This document shows, one piece after another, positions 1-13,289 of a DNA stretch of 64,000 bases. The DNA comes from Phoronis australis (Eukaryota; Animalia; Phoronida): NCBI GenBank assembly GCA_002633005.1, contig NMRA01000074.1, forward strand, positions 638,835 through 702,834. The letters run 5' to 3'. Each line of letters starts with the position of its first letter. The first letter of the stretch is position 1. Under the pieces are notes generated by a model. It saw only the letters and a program-made list of their open reading frames with translations. It ran no database searches and was not told the DNA's origin. The translations under genes and the position numbers were made by a program.

Positions 1-253
1 TAGAAACTTATACATTACCAATCCAGTGCTGTAACTATTACATCGCACACCACCGAGTCACTCATTGTCTTTAAGAAAAATGTGTCACACTTATATCTTC
101 CTTATTTTTGCCATTTGAGTTCTGAGCTCCTGAATTCTCCCTGTTGATTATTTATGTTGTTAATGTCACCCACTATTTTATTTAGTTACGTAAGCAACAA
201 TTGACTCCAGATTGGCCTACCTTTAACAACAAGAATGGATCAACTGAAATTTT

Positions 254-380
254 CGGATGTAATAACGTCCCTTGTCAACAGAAGCAGAAATAAAGTAAAA
301 TCAGGAAGAGATAACCATCTCTTCCTGGTAAAATCAAACACTATATGACAATTGACATTTAAGATATGGTGTAATGAATT
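254..380 (+). repeat. Dispersed repeat, paralog of 37148-37240, carrying a 26-bp hairpin insertion
   Basis: Aligns with 37148-37240 (cggat.taataac.tcc.ttgtcaacagaa.cagaaat.aagtaaaatcaaacactatatg.caattgacattt). The exception is an extra hairpin at 302-327 plus a duplicated GTAAAAT. Confidence 0.85.
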
Positions 381-423
381 TGATACATTTTTGCGTAAAA
401 ATCAATGATGTATTTTAAGAAGT

Positions 424-880
424 TTTTATGTTCAATCCATGAGGTTCTATTGTATTGAGCTTGTCTATCCAATATTGTTCTCTTTTGAGTCTGTGAAATG
501 TACTGGGATGTTGGAGTTTTCATATTATTTGTACAGAAAGATCTTGAATATTATGGTTTTTGAAATTGAAATGATTACCTATAGTATCAGATATGTTTTT
601 ATGTATTATGTTAAATCTATGATTACGAAACCGAGTTTGTAGATTATGCTGAGTTTGTCCTACGTATTGGATAGAACATTTTCTACAAGTTATAAGGTAA
701 ATATTATTGTTGGTGGTGCAATCAGAATAATGTTATATTTCAAAGTTTTCATTGGTTTGGGAAGACTGGAAAAAAGTGCTATCGTTGATAAAGTTACACA
801 TTTTACACCTAGTTTTGTTACATTGTGTGTTGCCAATAGGTTTGGTGTATATTGTCGATAGTAGCTTTAACTAAATAAAT
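424..880 (-). mobile_element. Penelope-like retroelement remnant, C-terminal GIY-YIG endonuclease (decayed)
   Basis: The minus strand translates as ...RCKMCNFINDS...(frameshift)...DCTTNNNIYLITCRKCSIQYVGQTQHNLQTRFRNHRFNIIHKNISDTIGNHFNFKNHNIQDLSVQII*KLQHPSTFHRLKREQYWIDKLNTIEPHGLNIK. This carries the IY..C..C..YVGQT, RF.NH and REQYWI.KL.T..P.GLN motifs of PLE GIY-YIG domains, with one internal stop and a frameshift. Confidence 0.88.
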
Positions 881-2818
881 TAGGTAATAATGTAATTTAA
901 AACTACATGTAAAAAGACTAGGAAAGCTTATCCAAAACACTTACACATAAAACAGTTGGGAATAGTTCATTCAAGTTCATAACTTTCAAAACAAACGTTC
1001 TTAAAATAATTTATAACCGAAGATAACGAATGGGTATTTTTTGAGAAACATTTACAGGAAGGTATGAGGTAAGGCATTGCGCACCGTATCCTGTGCAAAT
1101 GGTTAAGTACAAGGAGTACATGTATGTAGAAGACGTCGTTGGCTAGTGTAATGTTCATGAACAGACCCACGGGTTATTGAATTGAGTGTCCGCCAGTTGT
1201 CATTGTAAATAGGCTACGTGTATATGTACAGGTATAGGTGCAATCAATAGGGTTTAGAAAGGATGTTACCATATAACCACCTCAACAGGGTTAGTGCCCA
1301 TTTATAGTAGGAGTCGTTAAATTTATGCAACTTTTCAATATTTTAGTTTAGCCATTTAATTGGGCAGACTCTGTAACCTCTGGGTACTGGCACGTTTGCG
1401 TTCGCGTTTAAGTGTGTAAAGCACCAAAGGGTTCTTAAACGAGAATTTTTTGCTGGTTGAAATCTGCTTAATCAACGTGTAGATTTGCTTAGTCTAGGTG
1501 TTCATTTAATCAGTTTCTACTGTATATACACAACACGTACAGTGATTGGCGTAGATGAAGTAACATCCCACGAGACATTATTCCGCGTATCGACCGAGAC
1601 CGAAGGGGATATCGAGTGCACGAGGCATCACTTCATCAACGCCAATCGAGTTACGTTATGTATTTATCTCATACGCTTCTACTTCCTAGGTTTCTTTCAT
1701 TTTTTGGCAGATTTTTAAATACTTCACTTAGACTGTTCACGTGGCAGATCACATCCTATATGGATGTACTTGCCCGTTAGGTTGCAAGTTTTCTGTAGTA
1801 AAACAAACAGTTTTAAATGTAACGATTGATTACTTGAAAAGGAGATAACAAAGATCAAAACTACGGTAATTGTGCATTGAACTTGTAACATCTCCTGAAA
1901 ACAGTAGATAACAGCAATATTTGTTATTGTAATTACCAAGGAATCGGCGCCTGAGTTGCAGATAATGTAATAGTTAGCAATTAAAAACTGCGACATAATT
2001 GTCATATAATTAACAGTGCTGTCCCAAATGCTACGGTTGGGACCTGATTGCATGTTGAGTGTTATTTACACTGCTGCAGTTGTATTACTTTAAACTGTTT
2101 GATGATCGAGCCTGCTAACGACGTCGACTCGACTTCGACCTACCTTTTGAACTTTCCATGTCAGAGGTCACTGTTGAAGTAGTGCGCGAGGTGAATACAG
2201 GAAGCATTATTATATGGGCGTATTGCACTCGACTGATTCAACGCATTTGGGATAAAGTCAAATCACACCCGTCCTCTCAAATTACTTGATTAAGAGCAGA
2301 ACGATTATCTTTTAAGAATTAAAAGCAGGCGTAGATTAAGTACATGCAAGAGTATGCGCACATTCAAAGCACGCGTAGATTAAACAAAAGCACGCGTAAA
2401 TTAAGCAAACGTACACGTAGATTAAACGAAATTACACGTAGGTAAAGCACATTTAAACGCGCAAAAGGATACTGGTTTAAAAAACCCGCAAGCGTGAACC
2501 CGTAATCTCTGGTTACTCCCACATAGGTGTTCTCTAATAACTCATGAGACGACAGATTGGACGCCTTTTCCCCAGCTTTCCCATTAAGATTCCTATGCCG
2601 ATCCCATGAGTTTCCGGCAGAAAAATGATCATTGCGACTGAACGCCGAGCGATTATCACGAGATAATCGTGAGTATCGGTGTCAAAAATCACAAACTCAG
2701 GCAAAGTTAAATTTTTTCGGAAACCCAGGAGATTTTTTCCGAGCTGGACAGATATGGACTTAGAGTAATGTTTCCCCAGGCGAAAGACTTTGGCCTACTT
2801 ACTGTTGTATTTTATCAG

Positions 2819-5800
2819 GTGCGGCGTTGTGCCCTGTCCAGTTGACGGTCACTGGACGGAGTGGTCAGATTTCACAGGGTGTACTGCTACTTGTGGCGGA
2901 GGAACACAGTACAAGTGGCGTGACTGCAGTAATCCTACTCCACAAAGCAATGGAAAGTATTGTCCAGGTAAGTAACGGGAAAAGAACACATGCTCGAATG
3001 CATGGAAACTGATCTCAGATAGAATAATGTGTTTATTGTTACAAAAAAATAATCTCTTTGGTATGTAGTGAGTTTTCTTATATCTCGGGGATTATTTATG
3101 ACGCACTCGGTCAATCTAATCGACACTCAGTCTTGAAGAGCTCTTGTCTTCTGATCGCCTTACCTCTTGCTGACGGTTGATTCTGTATGCTGTCGGCCGT
3201 ATACGAATGTTTTATACTTTCAACTATACGTCTGTGTTAGGGAAAGCTAAACAAGAAAGGATTTGCAACGGTTTTGCATGCCCCCAAAATGGATTCCTCA
3301 CAAAGTGGACAGAATGGGCTGCCTGTCCTGTGACGTGCGGCGGAGGTGTTCGTGTTCGCACGAGGACATGCTTTGCTCCTCAGCACGGGGGCAAAGACTG
3401 CGTCGGGGACCTAAAGGAAATGAAAGCTTGCAGCCAACTACGGCCATGTGTCGGAGTGTGGAGTCCATTCTCTGCTTGGAGCGCTTGTTCGAAGACTTGC
3501 GGAGGCGGCGTATCGACCCAGCACCGAACCTGTACGAAGGGATTGCCTTGTCCTCAGGGTCAGCCAATGGAGCGAAGAAGACCGTGCAACACAGCGCCAT
3601 GTGGCATCAATGGCGGCTGGGGAGAATGGTCTTCTTGGGGCACCTGTTCCACTACTTGTGAAAGCGGCGTACGGAAACGTAAGCGGATGTGCGACCATCC
3701 GAGTCCGCGGTTGGGTGGTGACACCTGCGTTGGAGCCGAACTGGAGACCAAGAGTTGCATTCTGGGGAGCTGCACTCTCGCCCGCGTGGTTCTGAACGAA
3801 TGGCTTCCGTGGGGCCCGTGCACATCCACGTGTGGAAGAGAAGGGAGGAGAAGTCGGACACGGCAGTGCACGCCGACCACGGAGGAGGTGAAGATGTGCC
3901 CTGAGCACCTGCTGGAACGCATGGAAGAAGCATGCAACATGATTCCGTGTCCATTACTGGAAGCTAACATGACTGAGGTAGAACATTTGCATCCCTGTTG
4001 TTTTAATTAAGTGTGCAGTTCCACTTGTTTAGCTCACTAAAATGATAATATAGATACCTGGCACCTGAGTCTGATATTTCCCTTGCCTTGATAAGACTTA
4101 AAAAAGTCTTTTGCCACGGAGAACGACGAGAGTGTAAACGCTCCAAAATTTGCATGTTTGATCAACAATGACAAATGTTGTCATCTTCAATTCAGTAGCA
4201 GGTTACCAATTCACTGGATTAAAGTCATTCCCATCATCACACTGTCCAGCTTGGTGGGCTCAGTTAGCGCCAGTCAAAGTTCAAGCACGTGTAACCGATT
4301 TAGTTGCAACAACAGCTACAGCCACACAAACACCGGCTGGAGCAGCTAATGCAACAACAGTTGCGGCATCAGTAGTAGCGTTGGTAGCATTTCATGGTAC
4401 AATTTGAATTTCAGAATTGAAAACAAAATTATTTCCGCCACATTTCAGAGCAAGAGAACAGGCCAAACAAGTGCACCCAAGCCACCGACCATGATTGAAG
4501 GTAAGAATTGTAAGTTTTGGATGACGAATTTGAGGAGCCAGCTTCCTCGACTTAATTGCGTTTGCAAAGTAAAATGATTTTTGTATTTTGCATGTACCCG
4601 TACTATCTGAGGCATAAGATTAACGAATTATGTTTTTGCCTCGTAGAATACATTGAAAAAGGTCACACTGGTGTCATCAAGTGCTTCAACAGAAAAAAAG
4701 ACGTTTTGATGAATCCAGACGCCATCTGGCTGAATTCGCGCGGGGAACCGTTGGAGAACCCCAGAGCCACAGTACTTGAAACGGGTGACTTGAAATTTTC
4801 AAATTTTATGGCAGGCGACAGCGCATTCTACATTTGCCAAGTCTCGGGTCTGGACCACTCGGGCAGGAAAAAGTTCAAAGAAATAGGTCATTCTGTTGAA
4901 GGTAGGCAGAGTGAAAATTTTCTGTATTACATGGTTGGCTACACTATATGTACATGTACAAAAGCCACTAATGTTGCTTTATCTATCCTTTAGAAAACAC
5001 TACCGTTTAGTGCTAAGTAATGGAAGGATATGCATGTAAAATGCATTTTGAGTTGCAGATTACTACAAGCCTATAGCTTATAAAACCGAATCGTACCTGT
5101 TTGCAAAAGTAGAGGGGGACTCGAGCATTAATGAATGAGATAGTGAACCGATGTGCTTACGTTTCTCCACACTTTTGTTCGCTTCATGTGGATCTGTGCT
5201 TGAAATGTAACAAATTATTTGATTTTCGATAAAAACTTTAAAAAGCTCCGCAACGATGCGAAAATATCATTTGGAACGTTGAAAGAAACCTTTATACCTA
5301 CAACACGTGAAAGTCCCGTGACATGCAGTTTTTCTTGAACTTCATCCATAGTTCTTTATTTGATTGGCAGTAAGTTAAACGTCATGTGTGAAGTAAAAAA
5401 ACATTCCACAAAAGTTCATTGTCCACGGAAACAGAGTTTGAATTCTGGTATTTATTCACCCAATCCCACCCTTCGCCTCCATGTGACGTTGATTTCAATT
5501 TGTAGAGATGCAACTGCTGTATTCTGATTGTTGTAGCTTTCCTGATTCCGGAAGCTAGTTTTGAAGTTAACTTCCGTTACAACACAGATAGTTGTGACTC
5601 TGTTTCTACAAAGAAAAAAGAACTCTACGTCAAAAACACATTAGAAGAAACATGCAAAGCCGACGTTTGTAGAATAAGGAACTTGACGACAAAATGTCAC
5701 CCAAGAATTTTCAAGGTAAACATTCAGAATGTATTTGAAAACACACGTTAACCATGGAGACAACATCTAATGGGGAAGCAACATCTTACTACACTTTCTT

Positions 5801-8800
5801 TTGAAAATTTCAGAAAATCGCCCCACATAAAAGTACGTTCAAGGGCGGCGTATGTTAGGATTTTTTTCCAAAAGTTCATGTACGCCCGTGGCTTATCCTC
5901 TTGAAAATCTGATGGGTTGTTTTAAAATACTTGTGTAATGTTTTTTTCATGAAACACACTTGTTTATTGTGAATCGCGATTTCACTCGGATTTCTGACTG
6001 TTGGTAACTAACCATACTAGCAGAGTATGAAGGACAAGTTTAAAAACTCACTTTCCGAAAATACGCGCCCCTTTCAATTAACAATTGTCAAAGTTTGCTC
6101 TCCAAATATCCACGCATGGGTCTAGTTTTTAAAAATTCACGGCACGTGATTTATTACAGTGTACATCGGTTACAGTCATATGTATTCACGTGCACATAAA
6201 GAGTGGTAAAACAAAGATCGTAAGATGTGTAGGTTTTTCTGAACAACGCTCAACAACAGTTAGATGCCAATATTACAACCCGCTTCAATTTAAGCTGTAT
6301 TTTTCAGGAGTCGACTGGGTCTGAAATATCACAGATCTTCGTTTCGCTGTTCCTTCTGCCTAGTAACAGCTACATGCCACCACCCTGCAAAACGGATTGT
6401 AAGGAACACGTGATTGCCACCCATTTACTTGCGGTGAGTACGTGGTTCTCATTCAGCAACTACATGTACGGAGATTCATGAGAGAAAGTTAGGGCACTTT
6501 CCTTGGGAATCTTTGGTGCTTGCAACATTTTAGATCCGCCAGTCAAAGTGTATGTAACAGCGAGCTGCTATGAGATTTCACAGTTTAGATATATATGTAT
6601 AAAACAAGTCTGAAAAAATGTATTGCGAAGGTAATCGATTCGAATCAGTGTAGCATGTTGCAGGGAGATGGCATAATTTTGGATAGGCTGTGGCGCGCAT
6701 AATGTGATTTGCAGGGCAAAATGGGCGAGATTTTGTACCTTCCAATATCACAACACTAGCCTCGTTCATGAACTTCTTTGAGGAACTTTCATTCCGTGTT
6801 GATCTCAAGGATTCAAGGACAGCAACCGAAATCTAAGCAGCTCGACCTTCTAACCCAAAGTCAGAAGTTGAAATTCGTGTGTGTTGTATATGACATTTCA
6901 ATATAAACTTACACTTCCTCAACATTTCAGCTGTCAAAAACATTGAAATTAGATTTAGCCACCCATACTATCGGTCTTACTGCGATAGGATTGTAGTTCA
7001 TTTTTACGCATCTTTCAAATATTTTCCAGCTACGACAGCATTTCACGGCGGTTCACGATGTTTCAATAATCCGCCACACTCCCCTAAAGAAGATATTATC
7101 ATCGCAAACAATCGGTACACATCCGCTTTGGGTCTGGAAGACCACGGTCATCAAACAAAATTTTGAAATGTTTCTGTTTGCGTAGCAATCTAGTCGTTGG
7201 GAACACGGTGGGAGTTTAATATTGAATCCTACTCAAGTAACGCCAGAAACTGGTGTCGGAGCCAACAGTACAGAACAACACGGCGGCACTACAATTTACG
7301 CGAAAAATTCCTACTCAGAGGCCGGCAGCTCCTTGCCCATACAAAAGGAGGTGTAGGTGCAGGAAGCAGTCAACCTGATCAGTTCCAGATTTATTCTATG
7401 GGGCATCCGCGGCAATTTTTAGGCGGGATCCTACCGTAGTCACTAAAAATTGCAGCTCTTGGAAGTCGTGGCAAAAAAGCAGAGGAAATATGACACCTCC
7501 GCCTTTGCACACTGCATGGAGATATCTTTGCTGTCACATGGACGTGGTTCATGGCGGTTTACGAAACCATGTTAAATCGCCGTCGTATTATTTGAAAGGG
7601 ATCTTAACAAAATGGACATTGAAACGATCAGCGACTCAAAATCGCTTGTTCGAAAAAGCGCATGTCGTATTGCTCTGAAATGCTTAAGTGTTCTGGTGAA
7701 GAATTCAACATTTCAGCTAATCAGCGGCGAATTGCACTTTTAAACTGACTAGCTTAACATCACAAATTGTGAGATGCAGATCTCTGCTGTTTATTATATC
7801 TTGTGTGCAGATGTACAATCGGATTAAGAAATTTGTCACCGAAGATCAGGGAAAGGATGGAAAGATAAACTATGAAACTACCTCTCTGGAGAAGACGTTG
7901 CATATCAACTGTCCCGACGGCTGGTTCCACAAGAGCATCAGATGTGGTACTTGCATCTTATTTTTCGTCAGAAACGTAATTAGTGTTTAACTTAGTTATT
8001 TCTGAAACCTGAATGCTGATTGTTTTGTCACGAACCGACTTGATCAACTTGTGATACAATTTCTGAGGTTGAGGACAGCTTTTGCAAGGATAACTGTGTA
8101 CGCACTTTGGTAAATAACCCGCAAATGAAGCTGTTTGATTTCTTCTAAATTGCGACGTACCATTTGGAGGTGAACGCTTTCGTTAATAAAGTACAGGTGA
8201 CAGTAAAAACCTCCAAAACTGTGCTTCTGTATTTATGCAAGAATCAAAATCAGATTTCTAGCTCCTTTGTCATTCGAGACGTGATAGTGTTACGGATTTC
8301 TTGTTTTGTTTAAATGATAGAGTTCCCAGCAATGGTGCACGTATTTACATGTACACTCCAACACCCACTATTGAAATACTGTGGCTCCACATAGTGGTTA
8401 TTTAAAGGGATACTAAACCGTGTTTTAGGCTGTTAACTGATACGAAGACTGATTTCTCTTCTAGCTCGCTAAAATAAAACAATGCTCTATAACCCTTATC
8501 AATTTAACATTTGGAACAAATTTGAAAAAAAATCCTTACAACATCTACAAAACTGATGCAATTTGTCAAGTTACTCGACACCTGCCACGAACAACAGTTC
8601 TTAGGTTCATAAAATGTATTTATCTCTGAAGTGAGATGCCAACGGTGCATTAGCAGGAGCCAGGGGACAAATTGGTTGAAACCATTAAAACAGGGCTTAA
8701 TTCTTTTAAGAGTAAATGGGCGGCGCAGTACTGAAAAAAACGAGGTATCTAAAGCCCCCAGCTCCCATGTGGTGCACTGCCTATAGACCATGGGCGACGC

Positions 8801-11800
8801 AGCACTGAAAAAAGTGGGGCTATAGCTCCCCCAGCCTCCTATGGTGCGCCGCCCATGACGCATGCGATATTCTACCTGTTAAATATGTGTTAATGGAAGA
8901 AGTTGAAACCTACCGAGAATTGCATGATTGGGCACCCTTACAATTGGCCTGGTTTACAAAACTCTGCTTGGAAACCGTTGCCAGCAGTCAACTCTCTCAC
9001 TTCCAGTGTCCTGTATACCGGGATTTTACAGTCGGCACGGTTACAAGCAGTGCGCCCGATGCCCTAAAGGACACTATCAACACAGACGGGCACAGAGAGA
9101 CTGCATTCCTTGCCCAGACGGCCTCACTACTTCGCACATGGCCTCAGACGACAGATCAGACTGTATCTGTAAGTTGTTTTTAACCTGGGAGATCATATGT
9201 AATCAGCTGGAGCAAGTGTGCGAACTAGCAAAGTTTTTCGGCACAAAATACCTACATGTAATAACAGGTGTACAGCGTGTACCATGAGCCTACTCACCCA
9301 TTTGTCTCAGTGATCCGTCTCACGAAAACCATGGTCTGCTGGTGGGCAGAGGCTCACAAGTTTCTATCTTATCTAAGGTGTTGATCATTTGCTGTTTGCT
9401 CAAAGCAACAGGCGTCTTCTTCCTGATGTTTTTGCACCATGCCGATGTGCCTGTAAACGAATTAGGGAAGTGTAGAAGCACCTCAATGGCATAGTATTGA
9501 AACAAACACCTTAACAATTTTAGGGCTTATTCAACGGGTCAGTTCAATTGACTGACAGTTCTGAGCTTCTTCTGTTTCTCTACAGCTAAAACAATGGCGT
9601 CTCTATTGTCAACGCTGGAAACAGCATACATTCTGCCAATTGAGATGTCTACTAACGACAAAATGGTGGCCTTCTTTGGCGCTCTCTTTGGTGTGGCATT
9701 GGGACTAGTCCTACTTCCGGTTTGTATCAGCTGGTAAGTTATTACTCATACAATTTGTTTATCTGCTGACATTTAACAACAGTGACAAACGTACACTGTG
9801 TATGTTTTAGGGACTGAATTTCAAGGTTTGTTTTGCATGTATGTCGCTACACAGTCTGTTTCATTCTCGTTAATTTCATACATCTCTTAAAGGTTTCAAA
9901 TAATTCCAAAACTAGCCCAAAGCCCTAACCACAACTTCCAGTTTTGTGTGATTTACGTAATAATTTACGAAACATTGGTTTAATTGCTTACACAGGATGG
10001 CCGTTTTTTCCAGTGTCCTTTTGAAATGTTATCCCAAGTCTTCGTTGACTCAACGTTTCCGGAACACATGTTCATGCTGTCCATGCAAGAATCAACAAAA
10101 ATCGTCTGACAACTTAACACCCGGCGAAATGACCAGACTGCTTGAAAACATTCAAACGGAAGGGCGGGTAACTACGAGTGCAATGAGCTTTTTACGGTTC
10201 CTCTCACGCATGTCCAGTATAGCAAATTGTGGGAAACTCGCGACTTGTCAATATTGCAGTTAATGTACGAGTTGTATCGCTATTTTCCATTACGTGTCGT
10301 TCTAGACATGTGTAAGAGGTGCTTTAGAGTGATCCCTGCGGTGTTCTTGCTCACTTGATGTTATGATACGATAACCAGACAACGGTATTTCTTCTAAAGA
10401 GAGGATCTCATGGAGCATAAGGAAACTAAGGTTAAGTACATGCAAGGTAAGCCAAGATAAGACTTGTTGAGGTAAGGTAACATTTACCTAAGCAACCACA
10501 TGTAGCGACAATTTTTGAAACCCATACAAGTACACATTTTCTGAACATTTTCTGTGAAATAGAGGTACATGTTGAAATCGTGCCTGTGTTCATTTTAGGT
10601 TGTCGGTAGGAGAAAAACGGGAACGTACGGCAACGACTATATGGCCAAACTAGCCGATCGGTTGGTGTCTTCAACCAAGCTGCAGGCGCGCAGAAGCTAC
10701 GAGTCCTCATCAAGCCTAGCCAGAAACCTACCGTCACAAGTCGCATCATCCAAAGCAATTGCACTAGTATGTAACCTTGGTATCATTGTTCTGGCCAAAG
10801 TAATGAAAGCATCGATACTTACTAAGTGGTTTTAACAAAGTAAAGTTTTTGTATTAAAACATATGAGCACATGGCGAGCAGAAGGTTGTTCGCCATGGGA
10901 GCGCTTGCAGGGCTTAGGGTCCTACCTGACGACTGAAGGAATGCATTAATTTTACTGGGAACGAAACATGGATATACCATACCCAACGAATATCCTTCGA
11001 TTTGTCTACTTAAAGCTGTCTTGTAGGTTCAGTAATGACGTTGCTGGTCGTGACTTGCATTTGAATTACTAGATGTCAATATAATATGTATGAGGCCTAA
11101 TTCAAAGTATGCATAAACAGACCAGGGATGTTTCAATAGTAGAAAAATATGAGTTTAAGTTGTGTATTTGCTTGTGAACGCGAAAACAAATGTCGCGCGA
11201 TAGCTTGTTACATCGGTACGACAAATTACATTGAATCCTTTGTGTTCAGGTTCGTTGTTCTCATGCATTCTTTCTTTGCGTCATTTCCACAGGATGGAAA
11301 TCCAGGACACGTGACTGGCACGAGAAATTTCTCCGAGAACGCATCACCTACGTTTAAGCAGCCCGTCGAAGCTTCACCAGCAAGAGACTTAACAGTTAAA
11401 GAAATGTCAGTGGATAAGGTCCAGCCGCGGGCACATTTTAACGTCGAATCAACCGTTGCTAGGAGATTACCAAAGAAACCTGGGATACGGTTGCCTAGGC
11501 GACCACTACTAGAAGAAGGACCCACATCCATTCTGAAACAGAACTCTGCATATAGAAATTTTGACTACGATAATCCAGAGCCACAAATGAACAGCAACGA
11601 CGTCAATGAAGACGTTGCCCGGAAGAGAATCCCACGATTTTCTCTTATCCAAGAAGAGCATTCAGCGCCTACATTTGGATCCGCGCGTAAGCCAACCTTG
11701 GCTCGTCCTAAAAAGACGATGAGATCACGCGATTTGTATAAAGCCACCACCATGCAAAGAGTCAATAATAAGAACGCCTCGTCATTACACGCCGGAAATT

Positions 11801-12066
11801 CTGACAAACCAAACTTAGGCTCCCGACCACAGAAACCAAGTGAAAAGGAAGAGAGCTCTAAAAAAACTGGACTTTCGGTTCGAGGTCAGATTCACCAGAA
11901 TCGTATCTCGCCAGTATTAGCTGGACGGAACGCTCGCTCGGTAATTGAAGACGATTCAAGAGCACAAAATCGAATGGTAATACCAAGTCGTGATCGCCTC
12001 GGGAGTCGATCAAGTGAGTCGAGTGATCAATTGTCGCCAACTTCTTTTCGAAACATGAACATTTGA
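2819..12066 (+). CDS. Type I membrane protein: TSP1 repeats + ZPBP/sp38-like Ig and Cys-rich module + ephrin-receptor-like (GCC2/GCC3) repeat + TM + long cytoplasmic tail; 5'-partial, at least 1018 aa
   Basis: Exons 2819-2967, 3241-3977, 4449-4500, 4647-4901, 5537-5715, 6308-6433, 7811-7946, 9007-9168, 9586-9733, 9996-10167, 10599-10766 and 11293-12066. All are GT-AG and phase-compatible, giving one open frame to TGA. Five full TSP1 repeats (WxxWxxCSxTCGGG..R.R.C) follow the tail of a sixth. Ig domain: IKC..W..TGDLKFSNF..DSAFYIC. Cys repeat: SCIPGFYS..CARCPKGHYQ..CIPCPDG. TM: MVAFFGALFGVALGLVLLPVCISW. No start codon or signal peptide located. Confidence 0.85.
8716..8857. mobile_element. MITE family A (CATGGGCGGCGCA terminal inverted repeats), copy 1
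   Basis: ~140 bp with ATGGGCGGCGCA...TGCGCCGCCCATG ends and an internal duplicated half-unit. Related copies lie at 20961, 22474 and 39212. Confidence 0.8.
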
Positions 12067-13289
12067 GAAATTATCTCTGGTGCTCATGCTTTAAATTCCA
12101 TTGATGGATAATCTGTAACACGTTATATGAGCCTAGATAGAACACATTCCACACACATTACTTTCGTTTCTATTGCAACTTACCGTAAGCTGCCATTTGT
12201 AGCAGCATATAACAGGCGTTATTTGATCTTTCGTGAAGAACCGAACTGGCAATCAGGAAATGTACTTGAACGACGTTCACGGGCACACCACAAAATTGTA
12301 ATCACACTTTCATTTGATTTGTGTCTGTGTGTTAGCGGACATGCCAGCGCCGCGCACATTATGTTAACATTGAAGTGAATTTATTTTTACTCAAAAGCGT
12401 CAACAACTCCTAGAGTTCGACTTTGTTTTCTTGTTTTGGACGATCCTAATGTGGATTAAGTAAACATCGTGTAATAAAATTTGTTCGGACGCGAAAATCG
12501 TTAGAGACTACTTTGTATAGAAGCAAGTCCATTCCATAAACACTAAAAATACTTCAATCTAGTCTCGAAATTCACGATCAAATGGTGGTCTGGTAGTCAT
12601 CGTGTGACGTTCGACGGCACTAAAACGGACATCCATGGTGGTTGCATATCATTTATTTCACAAACAACGTCAACATTTGGTACAGGGTAGTGACCCTGGC
12701 TGTAATCTTGGTTACATGTGCAGTAGATCAAAAATAAACAATGGACACTGTTGTGCAATGACTAGAGGAGAATAAACATGCAGCTGCAGAAGGTGATCCT
12801 CGGATGACTCGACCAAAAATAAATGGATTGCTGGGAAGCGACCCTGGTTGACGAGGATAACAATATCAGGAGAATCCCGTTGAATGAACGACCAATGTAG
12901 CGCAGCAGTTTTTTCACAGCAAAGCTATAGGGTCCTAGTAAACATCGGTCCAAAGTAGCAAAGAACAGTGAAAGCTGTCCTCATTTTACATCGAACTCTA
13001 TAGGATAAGCATGTACAAATAGAAAAAAATCTAAATATTGATATACAAATGCTGTTAGTAGCTGCCACAAATTATTAAGAATTCATGGACAAAATTGACG
13101 TTTCCGAAGTCGCTATCCAACATCTCTTGTGTTCATTTGAAGGGCGACTTTGAAAAGCAAAGTACTAGCCGCTATAGTGCCAACGAAAGCTTTATTACTT
13201 TATGGGCGAATTTAGTCAACACCGGCTGTCTAAGCATTGTGAAACGGCACTGCATCAGCTGAAACTCGTCAATAAACGATAACTCGAAC

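Noticed and set aside
1-1200. Hammerhead ribozyme linked to the Penelope remnant
   Set aside because: No CUGANGA...GAAA core with pairing stems was found by eye near either Penelope fragment.
1485-2170. Candidate first exons of the TSP1 gene
   Set aside because: No signal peptide or TSP1 motif, and only weak splice donors, so they could not be supported.
3263-3970. Overlapping alternative and antisense ORFs over the TSP1 exon (likewise 23248-23960 over the EGF exon)
   Set aside because: These are shadow frames of GC-richer coding exons with no recognisable motifs.
4168-4407. Thr/Ala-rich mucin exon in the TSP1 gene
   Set aside because: Phase-0 entry at the nearby AG acceptors hits stop codons, whereas exon 4449-4500 joins both neighbours in frame.
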